Assembly (NCBI GenBank): GCA_046290465.1
Contig: JBKAGP010000001.1
Span: 3,680,001-3,744,000 of the forward strand
Source of the DNA: Planctomycetota bacterium
GTDB taxonomy: Bacteria; Planctomycetota; UBA1135; UBA2386
Direction of reading: 5' to 3'
Length of the DNA stretch: 64,000 bases
Each line of letters opens with the position of its first letter. Position 1 is the stretch's first letter. Shown here piece by piece: positions 9,846-18,969 of the stretch. A program made the position numbers and the translations under genes. The notes beneath the pieces are model-generated. The model saw nothing but the letters and a program-made list of their open reading frames with translations. It was not told the DNA's origin and ran no database searches.

Positions 9846-11053
9846 CCGGGCTTGCGCTCCTGCTGCAAGAACGGCCGGTGCTCGCCGCTGTCGAGGATGT
9901 CGCGGATCGCCTGCAGGCACGCGCGCACTTCGTCCGTGGTGTTGTAGAAGTGCGGCGCGATGCGCAGCCCGGCGTCCGGCCGGAAGTCGACGACGATCTC
10001 GCGCGCCGACAGCGCCTGGCACACGGCGTAGCCGTCGGGAACGTCGAGCGCGACGTGGCCGCCGCGTCGCTCGGCATCGAGCGGCGACTTGAGCGCGAAG
10101 CCGTGCCGCTGCGCCTCGTCGACCAGCAGCGACGTCAGCTGCTGGCTGCGGCGCCGCACGTTGTCGAGGCCGGCTTCGAGGCACGTCGCGATGCCCTCCT
10201 TGCCGGAGTAGAGCGCAGGCACGTTGGGCGTGCCGGTCGCGAAGCGATGGCCGTCGTCGCGGTAGTCCTGGCCCTCGGGCGAGAACAAGAACGGCTGCTT
10301 GTGCGCCGCCCAGCCGGTGAACGCCGGCGTCAGCGACGACACCAGGTCCGGCCGCACGTAGAGGAAGCAGTTGCCGGGGCCACCACACAGCCACTTGAGC
10401 GCGCCGCCGACCGCCGCGTGCACCCCCGCCTGCTCCAGCTCGAGCTGCTGCGTGCCCACCGAGTGGAACGTGTCGAGGATCACGAACGCGCCGACCTGGT
10501 TGGCCTTCTCGACGATCGGCGCGATGTCGACGATCGCCGAGCTGCGGAACATCACGTGGTCGATCGCAACCAGCAGCGTGCGGTCGTCGATGTGCGACGC
10601 GAACTGCTCGCCGTCGGTCGAGATGCCGTCGCTCGCCGCCGGCACGCGCACCAGCCGGGCGCCGTGCGCCTGGCGGGCCTCGTAGATGTACTGGTCGCTC
10701 GGAAAGTTGCGGTCCGCGTAGACGATGCCGTTGCGCGGCCCGTCGAAGCGGAAGCACGACAGGATCATCTCGAGCGCGACCGCGATGTTCTGGTGCATCG
10801 TGACCGTGCCCGCCTGCACGCCGAGCGTGCGCGCGACCTGGTCGGCGACCTGCTCCTGCAGCACCCACCAGCCGTCGCCCCACGACCGCACCCCGCGCGT
10901 GTCCCACTCGTCGAGGAACTGCTGCACGCTGGCGCGTGCGGCCGCGGGCATCGCGCCGAGCGAGTTGTTGATCAGGTAGTTGCTGCGCTGCGTGACGGCG
11001 AAGCGCTCGCGGAACGCCAGCAGGGGATCGTTGTCGGTCTGGGTCTCGGCCAC
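9842..11053 (-). CDS. kynU: Kynureninase (PLP-dependent, class V)
   Basis: YLINNSLG, FPSD, DTFHSVG, GGALKWLCGGPG, GW, RFATGTP and RRGGHV. Confidence 0.85.
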   Translation of the reverse strand: MAETQTDNDPLLAFRERFAVTQRSNYLINNSLGAMPAAARASVQQFLDEWDTRGVRSWGDGWWVLQEQVADQVARTLGVQAGTVTMHQNIAVALEMILSCFRFDGPRNGIVYADRNFPSDQYIYEARQAHGARLVRVPAASDGISTDGEQFASHIDDRTLLVAIDHVMFRSSAIVDIAPIVEKANQVGAFVILDTFHSVGTQQLELEQAGVHAAVGGALKWLCGGPGNCFLYVRPDLVSSLTPAFTGWAAHKQPFLFSPEGQDYRDDGHRFATGTPNVPALYSGKEGIATCLEAGLDNVRRRSQQLTSLLVDEAQRHGFALKSPLDAERRGGHVALDVPDGYAVCQALSAREIVVDFRPDAGLRIAPHFYNTTDEVRACLQAIRDILDSGEHRPFLQQERKPG

Positions 11054-11128
11054 GGGCGCACAGTTCTACGGGTGTGCGTGGCCCGTCGCCCGTGAAAAGC
11101 ACCGGCGGCGGGCCACGCACGCCGCCCG

Positions 11129-11709
11129 TCAGCGCACCTGCACCGTCAGCACCAACGACCGCTCACCCGGAGCCGCGGGGTCGGGCCCGATGTGCGCGAT
11201 CTGCCAGCCGTTGCCGTCGACGGCGACGGTGCGCTCGACGTCGGTCCAGGCGACCGCCGGCGTATCGATGGCGCCGAGATCCTCGTTGCCGAGGTCGACG
11301 GTCGCGACCGGCGGCACGGCCCCCCCCACTCGAGCAGCGTCAACACGTCCTGCACCTCGGTCTGCACCGGCATCGGCGCGCGCAGGGTCAGCGTCTGGTC
11401 GAACACCTTGCCGACGCCGCGCTCCTGATCCCAGAGGTGCTCGAGCCACGGAACCAGCAGCTTCTGCGGCAACCACGGTGCTGCGATCGGCTCCGGCCGG
11501 GCCTCGCCACCCGGCAGGAACGAGAACTCGTTGCGCCGCTCGCGTGCCAGCACGCGCCCGGATGGCAGCAACAACAACGGCCGATCGAAGTTGCGGGTGA
11601 TGCCCGGCAGCGGGCGAACCAGCTCCGACAGATCGTAGGTGCGTTCGACGGTCTCCTGCGCGGTCAGCGCAGACAGGAAGAGGGCGGGCAGGCAGATGGT
11701 GCAGCGCAT
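11129..11709 (-). pseudogene. Exported protein gene with an apparent frameshift at a G8 tract (11320-11327)
   Basis: The signal peptide and TYDLSELV N-part lie in one frame. Protein-like, GC3-rich sequence continues in another frame (AVPPVATVDLGNEDLG...LVLTVQVR) exactly after the G8 run. Confidence 0.6.
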
Positions 11710-11882
11710 GTGTACTCCTGGGGGGCCACACTGCGCCCGTAATCCCGGCGGGCGCAGCGATCGGAGGGGGTTGGCGCACGCTGCACCAAGCTTCGTACCG
11801 ACGGCGGTGTGATGAGACGAATGCGCAGGGGGCGCCCGAGGTCACGAGAACGTCACCACCCTCACCCCACCGACCCCGCCCC

Positions 11883-12701
11883 CTATGCCGGTCGGTAGAA
11901 CGTCGCCCGCCCCAAGCGCACCGGCACGAAGTCGTCGCGGATCCCGAGCACGGTCTCGGCCGCGCCGAGGCACAGCAGGCCGTCCGGCCGCAGCACGCGT
12001 CGGAGTTCGCCGAGGATGCGCTGCTTGGTCGCGACGTCGAAGTAGATCAACACGTTGCGCAGGAACACGACGTCCATCTGGCCGACGTTCGCCCACGACC
12101 CGGTAAGGTTGAACTCACCGAACTCGACCATCCGGCGCAGCGGCGGCTGCACGCGCCAACAGCGACCGTCACGTTCGAAATAGCGCTCGCGCAGCGACGG
12201 GGACAGACCGCGCTGCACCTCGACATCGGAATAGATGCCGGCGCGCGCCTGGGCCAGCACGCGCAGCGACAGGTCGGTCGCCCGGATGCGGGCCCGCGAG
12301 ACGTATGGCTCGGGCACGTTCTCGCGCAGCAACATCGCCAGCGAGTAGGCTTCCTGGCCGGTCGAACTCGCCGCCGACCAGATGTCCATCGAGCGGCGGC
12401 CGCCCGCTTCGAGCAGCGACGGCAGCACGAACTCGCGCAACGCCTCGAACGGGTGCTCGTCGCGGAAGAAGCTGGTCTCGTTGGTCGTCATCGCGTCGAC
12501 CACGCGCGCGCGCAGTTCGCCGCTCGCGGGCCGCTTCAGGGCCTCGACCAGCTGCGCCGTTCCGCCGAAGCCGTAGTCATCGACCACGACCCGCAGCCGC
12601 GTCTCGAACAAGTAGTCCTTGCGCTCGTCGAGCAGCAACCCGGCGACCTGGTGCACGAGTTGCCGGCAGTAGTCCAGGTCACCGGCCGTGAACATGCTCA
12701 T
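11883..12701 (-). CDS. cheR: Chemotaxis methyltransferase CheR
   Basis: TTNETSFFRD, WSAASSTGQEAYS and FLRNVLIYFD. Confidence 0.95.
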   Translation of the reverse strand: MSMFTAGDLDYCRQLVHQVAGLLLDERKDYLFETRLRVVVDDYGFGGTAQLVEALKRPASGELRARVVDAMTTNETSFFRDEHPFEALREFVLPSLLEAGGRRSMDIWSAASSTGQEAYSLAMLLRENVPEPYVSRARIRATDLSLRVLAQARAGIYSDVEVQRGLSPSLRERYFERDGRCWRVQPPLRRMVEFGEFNLTGSWANVGQMDVVFLRNVLIYFDVATKQRILGELRRVLRPDGLLCLGAAETVLGIRDDFVPVRLGRATFYRPA

Positions 12702-13738
12702 CGCGACACCTCTTGCGACTGCGGCGGATGGCCGCAACGCACGCGGCGCTCGATCTCGCCCGCGATCATCGGCAGCGGCAGCACGCGAGCCGCAAGGCCG
12801 CCGCGCACCACCGCACCCGGCATGCCCCAGACGACCGACGTCTCCTCGTCCTGCGCGATGACCTGGGCGCCGGCGGCGACCAGGCTCTGCGAACCACAGA
12901 AGCCGTCCTGCCCCATGCCGGTCAGCACGACGCCGAGCGCGCCGTCGCCGTAGCACGCCGCCGCTGAACGGAACAGCACGTCCACGGCCGGTCGGCACGA
13001 GTTCTCCTCGGGGCCGTCCGACAGCTCGATGACGACCTCGGTGCCGCGCCGTTCGATCGACATGTGGCGATCCCCCGGCGCGATCCACACGTCGCCGGCA
13101 GCGACCACGTCACCGTGCTGCGCCTCGCGCACGCGCAGCGCCGAACGGCGGTCGAGGCGTTCGGCGAACTGACGCGTGAACACCGGCGGCATGTGCTGCA
13201 CGACCAGGATCGGCGCCGCCAGGTCGCCTCGGAACCGCGGCAGCAGGTCGGCCATGGCGTTCGGCCCGCCGGTCGACACCCCGACGACCACCGCCTCGAC
13301 CGTCTGCGAGCCGCGGCGGGGACGCGCGCGTGCCTCGCGACGCTCCCTGCCGCTGCCCAACTCGCGCACCTTGCGCGCCAGCAGCGCCATGGTCTCGGCC
13401 ACGTCGCCGCCGTCGGCAGGCTTCGCGAGCACGTCGGTCGCGCCGCGCGCCAGCGCGTCGAGCGTGATCTCGGCGCCGCGCTCGGTCAGCCCACTGAACA
13501 TGATCACCGGCAGGCCGGGCTTGCGGATGCACAGCTCGTCCAGCACTTCCAGACCGTCGATCCCGGGCATGTCGACGTCCAGTACGACGACGTCCGGCGA
13601 CTCCTTGATGGTCCGCTCGATCGCCACCGCGCCGCTACTCGCAGGGCGCAGGACCTCGAGGTCCATCTCACGGGACAGGGCCCGGCTCACGGCGCTTCGC
13701 GTCGCGAGCGAGTCATCGACGATCAGGACCCGGATCAC
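12698..13738 (-). CDS. cheB: Chemotaxis response regulator/methylesterase CheB
   Basis: Receiver domain (VDD, LDVDMP, KP) plus esterase GVSTGGP, QHMP and LTGMGQDG. Confidence 0.95.
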   Translation of the reverse strand: MIRVLIVDDSLATRSAVSRALSREMDLEVLRPASSGAVAIERTIKESPDVVVLDVDMPGIDGLEVLDELCIRKPGLPVIMFSGLTERGAEITLDALARGATDVLAKPADGGDVAETMALLARKVRELGSGRERREARARPRRGSQTVEAVVVGVSTGGPNAMADLLPRFRGDLAAPILVVQHMPPVFTRQFAERLDRRSALRVREAQHGDVVAAGDVWIAPGDRHMSIERRGTEVVIELSDGPEENSCRPAVDVLFRSAAACYGDGALGVVLTGMGQDGFCGSQSLVAAGAQVIAQDEETSVVWGMPGAVVRGGLAARVLPLPMIAGEIERRVRCGHPPQSQEVSR

Positions 13739-15324
13739 GCCCCCGCTCCGTTGCGCTTCTTGGCCTCGGCGACGAGTTCCTGCAGCCCGGTCGACAGCCC
13801 GGCCAGATCGGTGGCCGCGTTCATCGTGCCGGATGCCCCGGTGGCAGCGTCCTTCGCCGCCTGGGCGACACCGGTCACCGCCGACGCGATCTCCGAACTG
13901 CCCTTCGCCGCCTCGGCGACACTGCGGCTGATCTCGTTGGTCGTCGCGGTCTGCTCCTCGACGGCGCTGGCGATCGTCGCCTGGATGTCGTTGATGCGGC
14001 TGATCACGCCGCTGATCTCCGCGATCGCCGAGACCGCACCCTCGGTGTCGCCCTGGATCGCCTCGATCTTCTGTCCGATGTCCTCGGTGGCGCGCGCCGT
14101 CTCCTTGGCGAGTTCCTTGACCTCGTTGGCGACCACCGCGAAGCCCTTGCCGGCCTCGCCAGCGCGCGCGGCCTCGATCGTCGCGTTGAGCGCGAGCAGG
14201 TTGGTCTGCTGCGCGATCGACGTGATCACCTTGATCACCTTGCCGATCTCGCCGCTGCTGACGCCGAGCTTGTCGATCGTGGTGGTCGTCGAACTGGCAA
14301 CGTCGACGGCGCTGGTCGCGACCTGCGCGGCCTCGTCCGCACTCTTGGCGATCTCGCTGATGCTCGCGTCGAGTTCCTCGATGCCGGTCGCCACGGTCTG
14401 CACGTTGGAGCTGACCTCCTCGGCCGCGCTCGAGACCGTGTCGGCCTGCGACGCCGTCTCCTCAGCCGCACTCGAGACCTGCGTGCTGGTGGCGGCGAGC
14501 CGCTCCGCCGATTCGGTCAGCGAGGTCGCGGTCTCCTCGACGCGCCTCTCGGTCCGCAGCCGCTCGGTGATCACCGACCACGTGATCATCGCACCGAGGT
14601 GATTGCCGTGCTCGTCGTAGACGGGAGTGGCCAACAGATCGAGCGTTTCGGAGCCGAACTGCAGTTCCCAGTTCATGGGCAACTTGTCGGGATCCGCGAT
14701 GATGCCACGCTCTTGGGACGGATTCAGAAGGAACGCGTCGACACTCGAACCGACGACTCGATCGGCCTGCATCGGCAATTGCGACTGCAACTGGCCGAGG
14801 GTCTTCGACGACGCAGTGTTCATGTATTGAACGATGAGCTCGCGGTCGACGAACAGCGTGTTGATCGGCGTGTCTTCGATCATCGAGGCGTAGCGCACGT
14901 TGAGCGCGCGCGCCTCGACCATCTCGGTCACGTCCGCAGCGAACTTCACCACCTTGTACGGACGGCCGTCCTGATCACGAATGGCGTTGTAGCTACCCTG
15001 GACCCAGACCGGCTTCCCGGCCTTGCTGACCCTCTCGAACTCGCCGGTGAAGCTCTCCCCACTCCCGAGCCGCTTCCAGTGGCTGGCGTACTCGGCGCCG
15101 TCCCGCACGTGCTGCGGCACGAACAGGCTGTGGTGCTTCCCGACCACTTCGTTGACGGAGTAGCCAAAGGCAGACAGAAAATTCTCGTTGGCGGCCCTGA
15201 TCGTGCCGTCGAGTTCGAACTCGATTACGGCTTGACTGGCACTGAGAGCAGCCAGCTGGCCGCGCAGGTCCTGGAGTTCGGTTTCGATTTCGTCTTGGAC
15301 GAGCACGGGTGATTCAGCGGTCAT
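13735..15324 (-). CDS. Cytoplasmic methyl-accepting chemotaxis protein with two PAS domains
   Basis: No TM segments; two PAS domains; signalling hairpin [30 protein letters not shown]. Confidence 0.92.
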   Translation of the reverse strand: MTAESPVLVQDEIETELQDLRGQLAALSASQAVIEFELDGTIRAANENFLSAFGYSVNEVVGKHHSLFVPQHVRDGAEYASHWKRLGSGESFTGEFERVSKAGKPVWVQGSYNAIRDQDGRPYKVVKFAADVTEMVEARALNVRYASMIEDTPINTLFVDRELIVQYMNTASSKTLGQLQSQLPMQADRVVGSSVDAFLLNPSQERGIIADPDKLPMNWELQFGSETLDLLATPVYDEHGNHLGAMITWSVITERLRTERRVEETATSLTESAERLAATSTQVSSAAEETASQADTVSSAAEEVSSNVQTVATGIEELDASISEIAKSADEAAQVATSAVDVASSTTTTIDKLGVSSGEIGKVIKVITSIAQQTNLLALNATIEAARAGEAGKGFAVVANEVKELAKETARATEDIGQKIEAIQGDTEGAVSAIAEISGVISRINDIQATIASAVEEQTATTNEISRSVAEAAKGSSEIASAVTGVAQAAKDAATGASGTMNAATDLAGLSTGLQELVAEAKKRNGAGA

Positions 15325-15818
15325 TGCGGGTTCCTCTTCGCTAGCGTTGTGGTGTGGGGGATGCCCCCCTGGGCCGGCGCAGCACATGCCGCGTCGAAAT
15401 CGAGCACCTGCTCAACATCGAGCAGGAGCAGTAGGTCGTCTGCGAGCTGGTGGATGCCTCGAACGAGGTCACGCGTCGGCCCAGCCAACGTCGGCGGCGG
15501 CTCCTCGATCTGATCAGCGTCGATCTCGAGGACATCTCCGATCTCATCCACGAGCAGGCTCGTGATGCCGCCGTCGACTCGGACGACGACGTTCATGGCT
15601 TCGCTCGCCCCCGTGGCAGCCGCATCGCCGAAGCGAACGCGCAGATCGATCGCAGTGACGATCTGTCCGCGCAGATTGATCAGGCCGGCCACCGCCGCGG
15701 AAGCATGCGGCACGCGGGTCATCTCTTGCCAGCGCAGGACTTCCTGGACGCGCTCGACCTCGACGCCGAGCAGCTGCGACCCGAGGCGGAACGTGCAGAG
15801 TTGGACAACGTGACTCAT
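15321..15818 (-). CDS. cheW: Chemotaxis coupling protein CheW
   Basis: [21 protein letters not shown] and LLVDEIGDV. Confidence 0.95.
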   Translation of the reverse strand: MSHVVQLCTFRLGSQLLGVEVERVQEVLRWQEMTRVPHASAAVAGLINLRGQIVTAIDLRVRFGDAAATGASEAMNVVVRVDGGITSLLVDEIGDVLEIDADQIEEPPPTLAGPTRDLVRGIHQLADDLLLLLDVEQVLDFDAACAAPAQGGIPHTTTLAKRNPQ

Positions 15819-17965
15819 CGCACCACCTCCTCAACCGCTACGGAAGGGACCGAAGCAACCTCCGACGAATGCTGCAGCGCGACCAAGTGATCCACGTCCA
15901 GGAGATCGGTAACGCGACCCTGCAGGGTCGCAGCGCCACGTAGCCACGGCGCCCCTGCGGAACGCCCGACTTCGACGTCTTCCTCGACGATGTCGAGGAT
16001 CTCGTCGACAGCGAGGCCAGCGCTGCGCCCGTCATGGTCGCGGACGACCACCAGCGGCAACTGCCGAGCCGGGTCCGCTGGAGCCCCATCATCGAAGAGG
16101 CGCGACACCCTCACGATCGGCATGATCTCTCCTCGGTACTGAAGCACCTCGCTACCGCCCGCACGCTCGACCTCGTCTGCACCGAGTTCCTCGAGACGTG
16201 CGACCGACGACAATTCGAGCGCGACACGCCTGCCGGCTACGCCCAGCAACAGCCAAGAGGACTTGGCGCGAGATACCGCCTCAGCTTCGGCTACGAGCTG
16301 CCGCGCGCTGGCGCCGCCCTCGCCGAACAACCCGGTCTGCTGCGCAAGCCCGAGCACGTCGAGAATCAGCGCGACCCGTCCGTCGCCCATGATCGCAGCC
16401 CCCGCGAACGCGCGGATGCCGTGCAGCTGTCGTCCGAGCGGTTTCACGACGATCTCCTCGGTATCGAGGATCGACTCGACCACGAGCCCGAACTGGCGGC
16501 CGTCGGCCTGCAGGACGACGAGGTTGGAACAACCCGCGTTGCCGTCGCCATCGCCGTCACCGTCGCCGGCCCAGCCGAGTTCTTCGTCCAGGTGGGCCAG
16601 CGGCAGCAGCTCGCCGCGCAGCCGGTGCACGGGCGCACCGTTGATGTACTCAACCCCACGGCCGCTCTGCGACGCGTCGAGTCGGACCAGTTCGAGCAGG
16701 TTCGCCTGCGGAATCGCGAAGCGGTTGCCGCGACTGGTGACGATCAACGCCGGCACGATCGCGAGCGTCAGTGGGATCTTGATGCGCAGCGTGGTGCCCT
16801 TGCCGACCGAGCTGTGCACGTCGAGCGTGCCACCGATGGCCTCGATGTTGGTCTTGACCACGTCCATGCCGACCCCGCGACCGGAGACGGCCGTCACCTG
16901 CTCGGCGGTCGAAAAGCCCGGCTGCATGATCAACTGCAGCGTTTCGCGTTCGGACAGCGTCGCCGCCGCGTCCATGGTCAGCAGCCCATTGGCTACCGCC
17001 TTGGCCCGCACCTTCTCGGGGTCGATGCCGCGGCCGTCGTCACTGATCTCGATGTTGACCTGCCCGCCCTCATGGAACGCGCGTAGCCGCAGGTGTCCAG
17101 CGACCGACTTGCCGGCAGCCTCACGACTCGCCGGGTCCTCGATACCGTGGTCGACGGCGTTGCGCACCGCGTGCGTCAGCGGGTCGCGGATGGTCTCGAT
17201 GATGGCCTTGTCGAGTTCGGTTTCGTGGCCGGTCATCTCGAGTTCGACGCGCTTGCCGAGGCCCGTGGCCAGATCACGAACGACCCGGGGCAGCTTGGTC
17301 CAGGCGCTGCCGACCTGCTGCATGCGCGTCTTCATGACGCCTTCCTGCAGTTCGGTCGTCACCAGGTTGAGCCGCTGGCAGGTCCCGAGCAGGCCCGAGT
17401 CCTCGAGCTGGTCGGTCGCCTGCAGGATCTGGTTGCGGGCCAGCACCAGCTCGCCGACCAGATTCATCAGCTGGTCGAGCAGGCCGACGTCGACGCGCAG
17501 TGCGCTGGAGGCCGCGCCGACGGTGCTGGTACCGGCACCGACCGACCGTGCAGCCGCAGCACCGGCCTCGAGGCGAGGAGGGTCCTCGACCAGCGCCTTG
17601 AGGGTGGCGAGCAGTTCTGCATGATCTTCGCCGCCTTCGTTCTGGTCGCGCTCGACGTGTCCGAGGATCGCGCGGATCGCGTCGGCCATGCCGAGCAGGG
17701 CGTCGGTGACCTCGGTGGTCACGTCGCAACGACCGTCGCGGAGCAGGCTCAGCAGGCTCTCACCGCGGTGCGCAACCTCGCCGAGCCGATCGAGCGACAG
17801 GAAGCTGCTCGACCCCTTGATGGTGTGGACCGTCCGGAAGATCTGGGCGATCACCTCCTTGCAACCCGGCTCCTGTTCCAGGGTGACGAGGTCGCGATCC
17901 AGCTGGTCGATGCCCTCGAGCGTCTCGACCAGGAACTCAGCCAGGATGTCGTCAGTGTCTTCCAT
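15815..17965 (-). CDS. cheA: Chemotaxis histidine kinase CheA (no P2 domain, two CheW domains)
   Basis: Hpt FRTVHTIKG, LRVDV..LDQLMNLVGELV, RNAVDHGIE and SGRGVGMDVV, then tandem CheW domains; GAGGAGG RBS upstream. Confidence 0.95.
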   Translation of the reverse strand: MEDTDDILAEFLVETLEGIDQLDRDLVTLEQEPGCKEVIAQIFRTVHTIKGSSSFLSLDRLGEVAHRGESLLSLLRDGRCDVTTEVTDALLGMADAIRAILGHVERDQNEGGEDHAELLATLKALVEDPPRLEAGAAAARSVGAGTSTVGAASSALRVDVGLLDQLMNLVGELVLARNQILQATDQLEDSGLLGTCQRLNLVTTELQEGVMKTRMQQVGSAWTKLPRVVRDLATGLGKRVELEMTGHETELDKAIIETIRDPLTHAVRNAVDHGIEDPASREAAGKSVAGHLRLRAFHEGGQVNIEISDDGRGIDPEKVRAKAVANGLLTMDAAATLSERETLQLIMQPGFSTAEQVTAVSGRGVGMDVVKTNIEAIGGTLDVHSSVGKGTTLRIKIPLTLAIVPALIVTSRGNRFAIPQANLLELVRLDASQSGRGVEYINGAPVHRLRGELLPLAHLDEELGWAGDGDGDGDGNAGCSNLVVLQADGRQFGLVVESILDTEEIVVKPLGRQLHGIRAFAGAAIMGDGRVALILDVLGLAQQTGLFGEGGASARQLVAEAEAVSRAKSSWLLLGVAGRRVALELSSVARLEELGADEVERAGGSEVLQYRGEIMPIVRVSRLFDDGAPADPARQLPLVVVRDHDGRSAGLAVDEILDIVEEDVEVGRSAGAPWLRGAATLQGRVTDLLDVDHLVALQHSSEVASVPSVAVEEVVR

Positions 17966-18228
17966 GCAGCCTCCTCGCGACGTCGCGCAGCCAGGCGCAA
18001 CTCGCAAGGAGCTTCTCGGAATGACGCATTGCGTGCTGCATAGCCGACTTCGCTAGCGCGCGGCGCTAGCACGCGCGGCTACCCCCAGGCCGTAACAGGC
18101 CCGTCTAGCCGTTCGCGCTAGCACGGATCGCTACCAGCACGAGACGCGGTTGCGACCGAAGAGTCGGACCCGGGCGAAGCCCATCGTGTATCGTGCTCGC
18201 TCTCGCCCGGCCGCTCCTCCCCTCGCCG

Positions 18229-18969
18229 ATGAACGCCTACGCCGAAGACCGCTCCGACGAATGCAACGCCGGCTCTCGCCGCCGTCCTGTCCCGGGACTG
18301 CCGCAGGCCTGGTCGGCGCTCGGGTCGACCAACGACCTGGGGCGCCCCGTCGTGCACGTCGTCGACGACGACGAGAACCTGCGCAAGGCCCTGGCAGGGG
18401 CGCTGGCGAGCTACTACTGCGACGTCCAGGTGCACGAACACGCCGAGGCGTTCCTCGACCGGTTCGAGCCGCGCGCGCCGCAAGGCCTGGTGCTGGACCT
18501 GGGCCTGCCGGGCATGAACGGCATCCAGCTGCTCGCGACGCTCAAGCAGCGCAACACGGTCCTGCCGACGATCGTGCTCAGCAGCAACGACGACGTCGAG
18601 AGCGTCGTGCGTGCGATTCAGGGCGGGGCGCTCGACTTCCTGCCCAAACCGCCACAGAGCGAACAGCTCGCCAAGGCGATCGAACAGCTGCTGCAGCGAG
18701 CGCCGCAGTTCGCCGTCGAGCACCGGATCGCGACCCAGTTCGACGCCTGCGTCGCCCGACTCACCCCTCGCGAGCTGCAGGTCTACGACCTGCTGGCCGC
18801 CGGTGCGACGCCAAAGCAGGTCGCGGTCGACCTCGGGCTGCGGCCGCGCACGGCGCACATCCACTGCTCGAACGTGCTCACCAAGTTCCACCTCGACACG
18901 CCGGGTGACCTGCTGCTGCTACGCGCGCGACTTGCGGGCGGCCCGATGGGCGACGTCCGCGGCAGCTGA
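18229..18969 (+). CDS. FixJ/LuxR-type response regulator (start uncertain)
   Basis: VVDDD, LDLGLPGMNG, FLPKP and C-terminal LTPRELQV HTH. Confidence 0.88.
   Translation: MNAYAEDRSDECNAGSRRRPVPGLPQAWSALGSTNDLGRPVVHVVDDDENLRKALAGALASYYCDVQVHEHAEAFLDRFEPRAPQGLVLDLGLPGMNGIQLLATLKQRNTVLPTIVLSSNDDVESVVRAIQGGALDFLPKPPQSEQLAKAIEQLLQRAPQFAVEHRIATQFDACVARLTPRELQVYDLLAAGATPKQVAVDLGLRPRTAHIHCSNVLTKFHLDTPGDLLLLRARLAGGPMGDVRGS

Noticed and set aside
9846..11120. Apparent 647-aa KynB with a long N-terminal extension
   Set aside because: The extension is an alternate frame over kynU; kynB starts at about 9845.
11846..11884. G-run-rich stretch after cheR (possible G-quadruplex on the minus strand)
   Set aside because: Short, expected by chance in high-GC DNA, and no other support.
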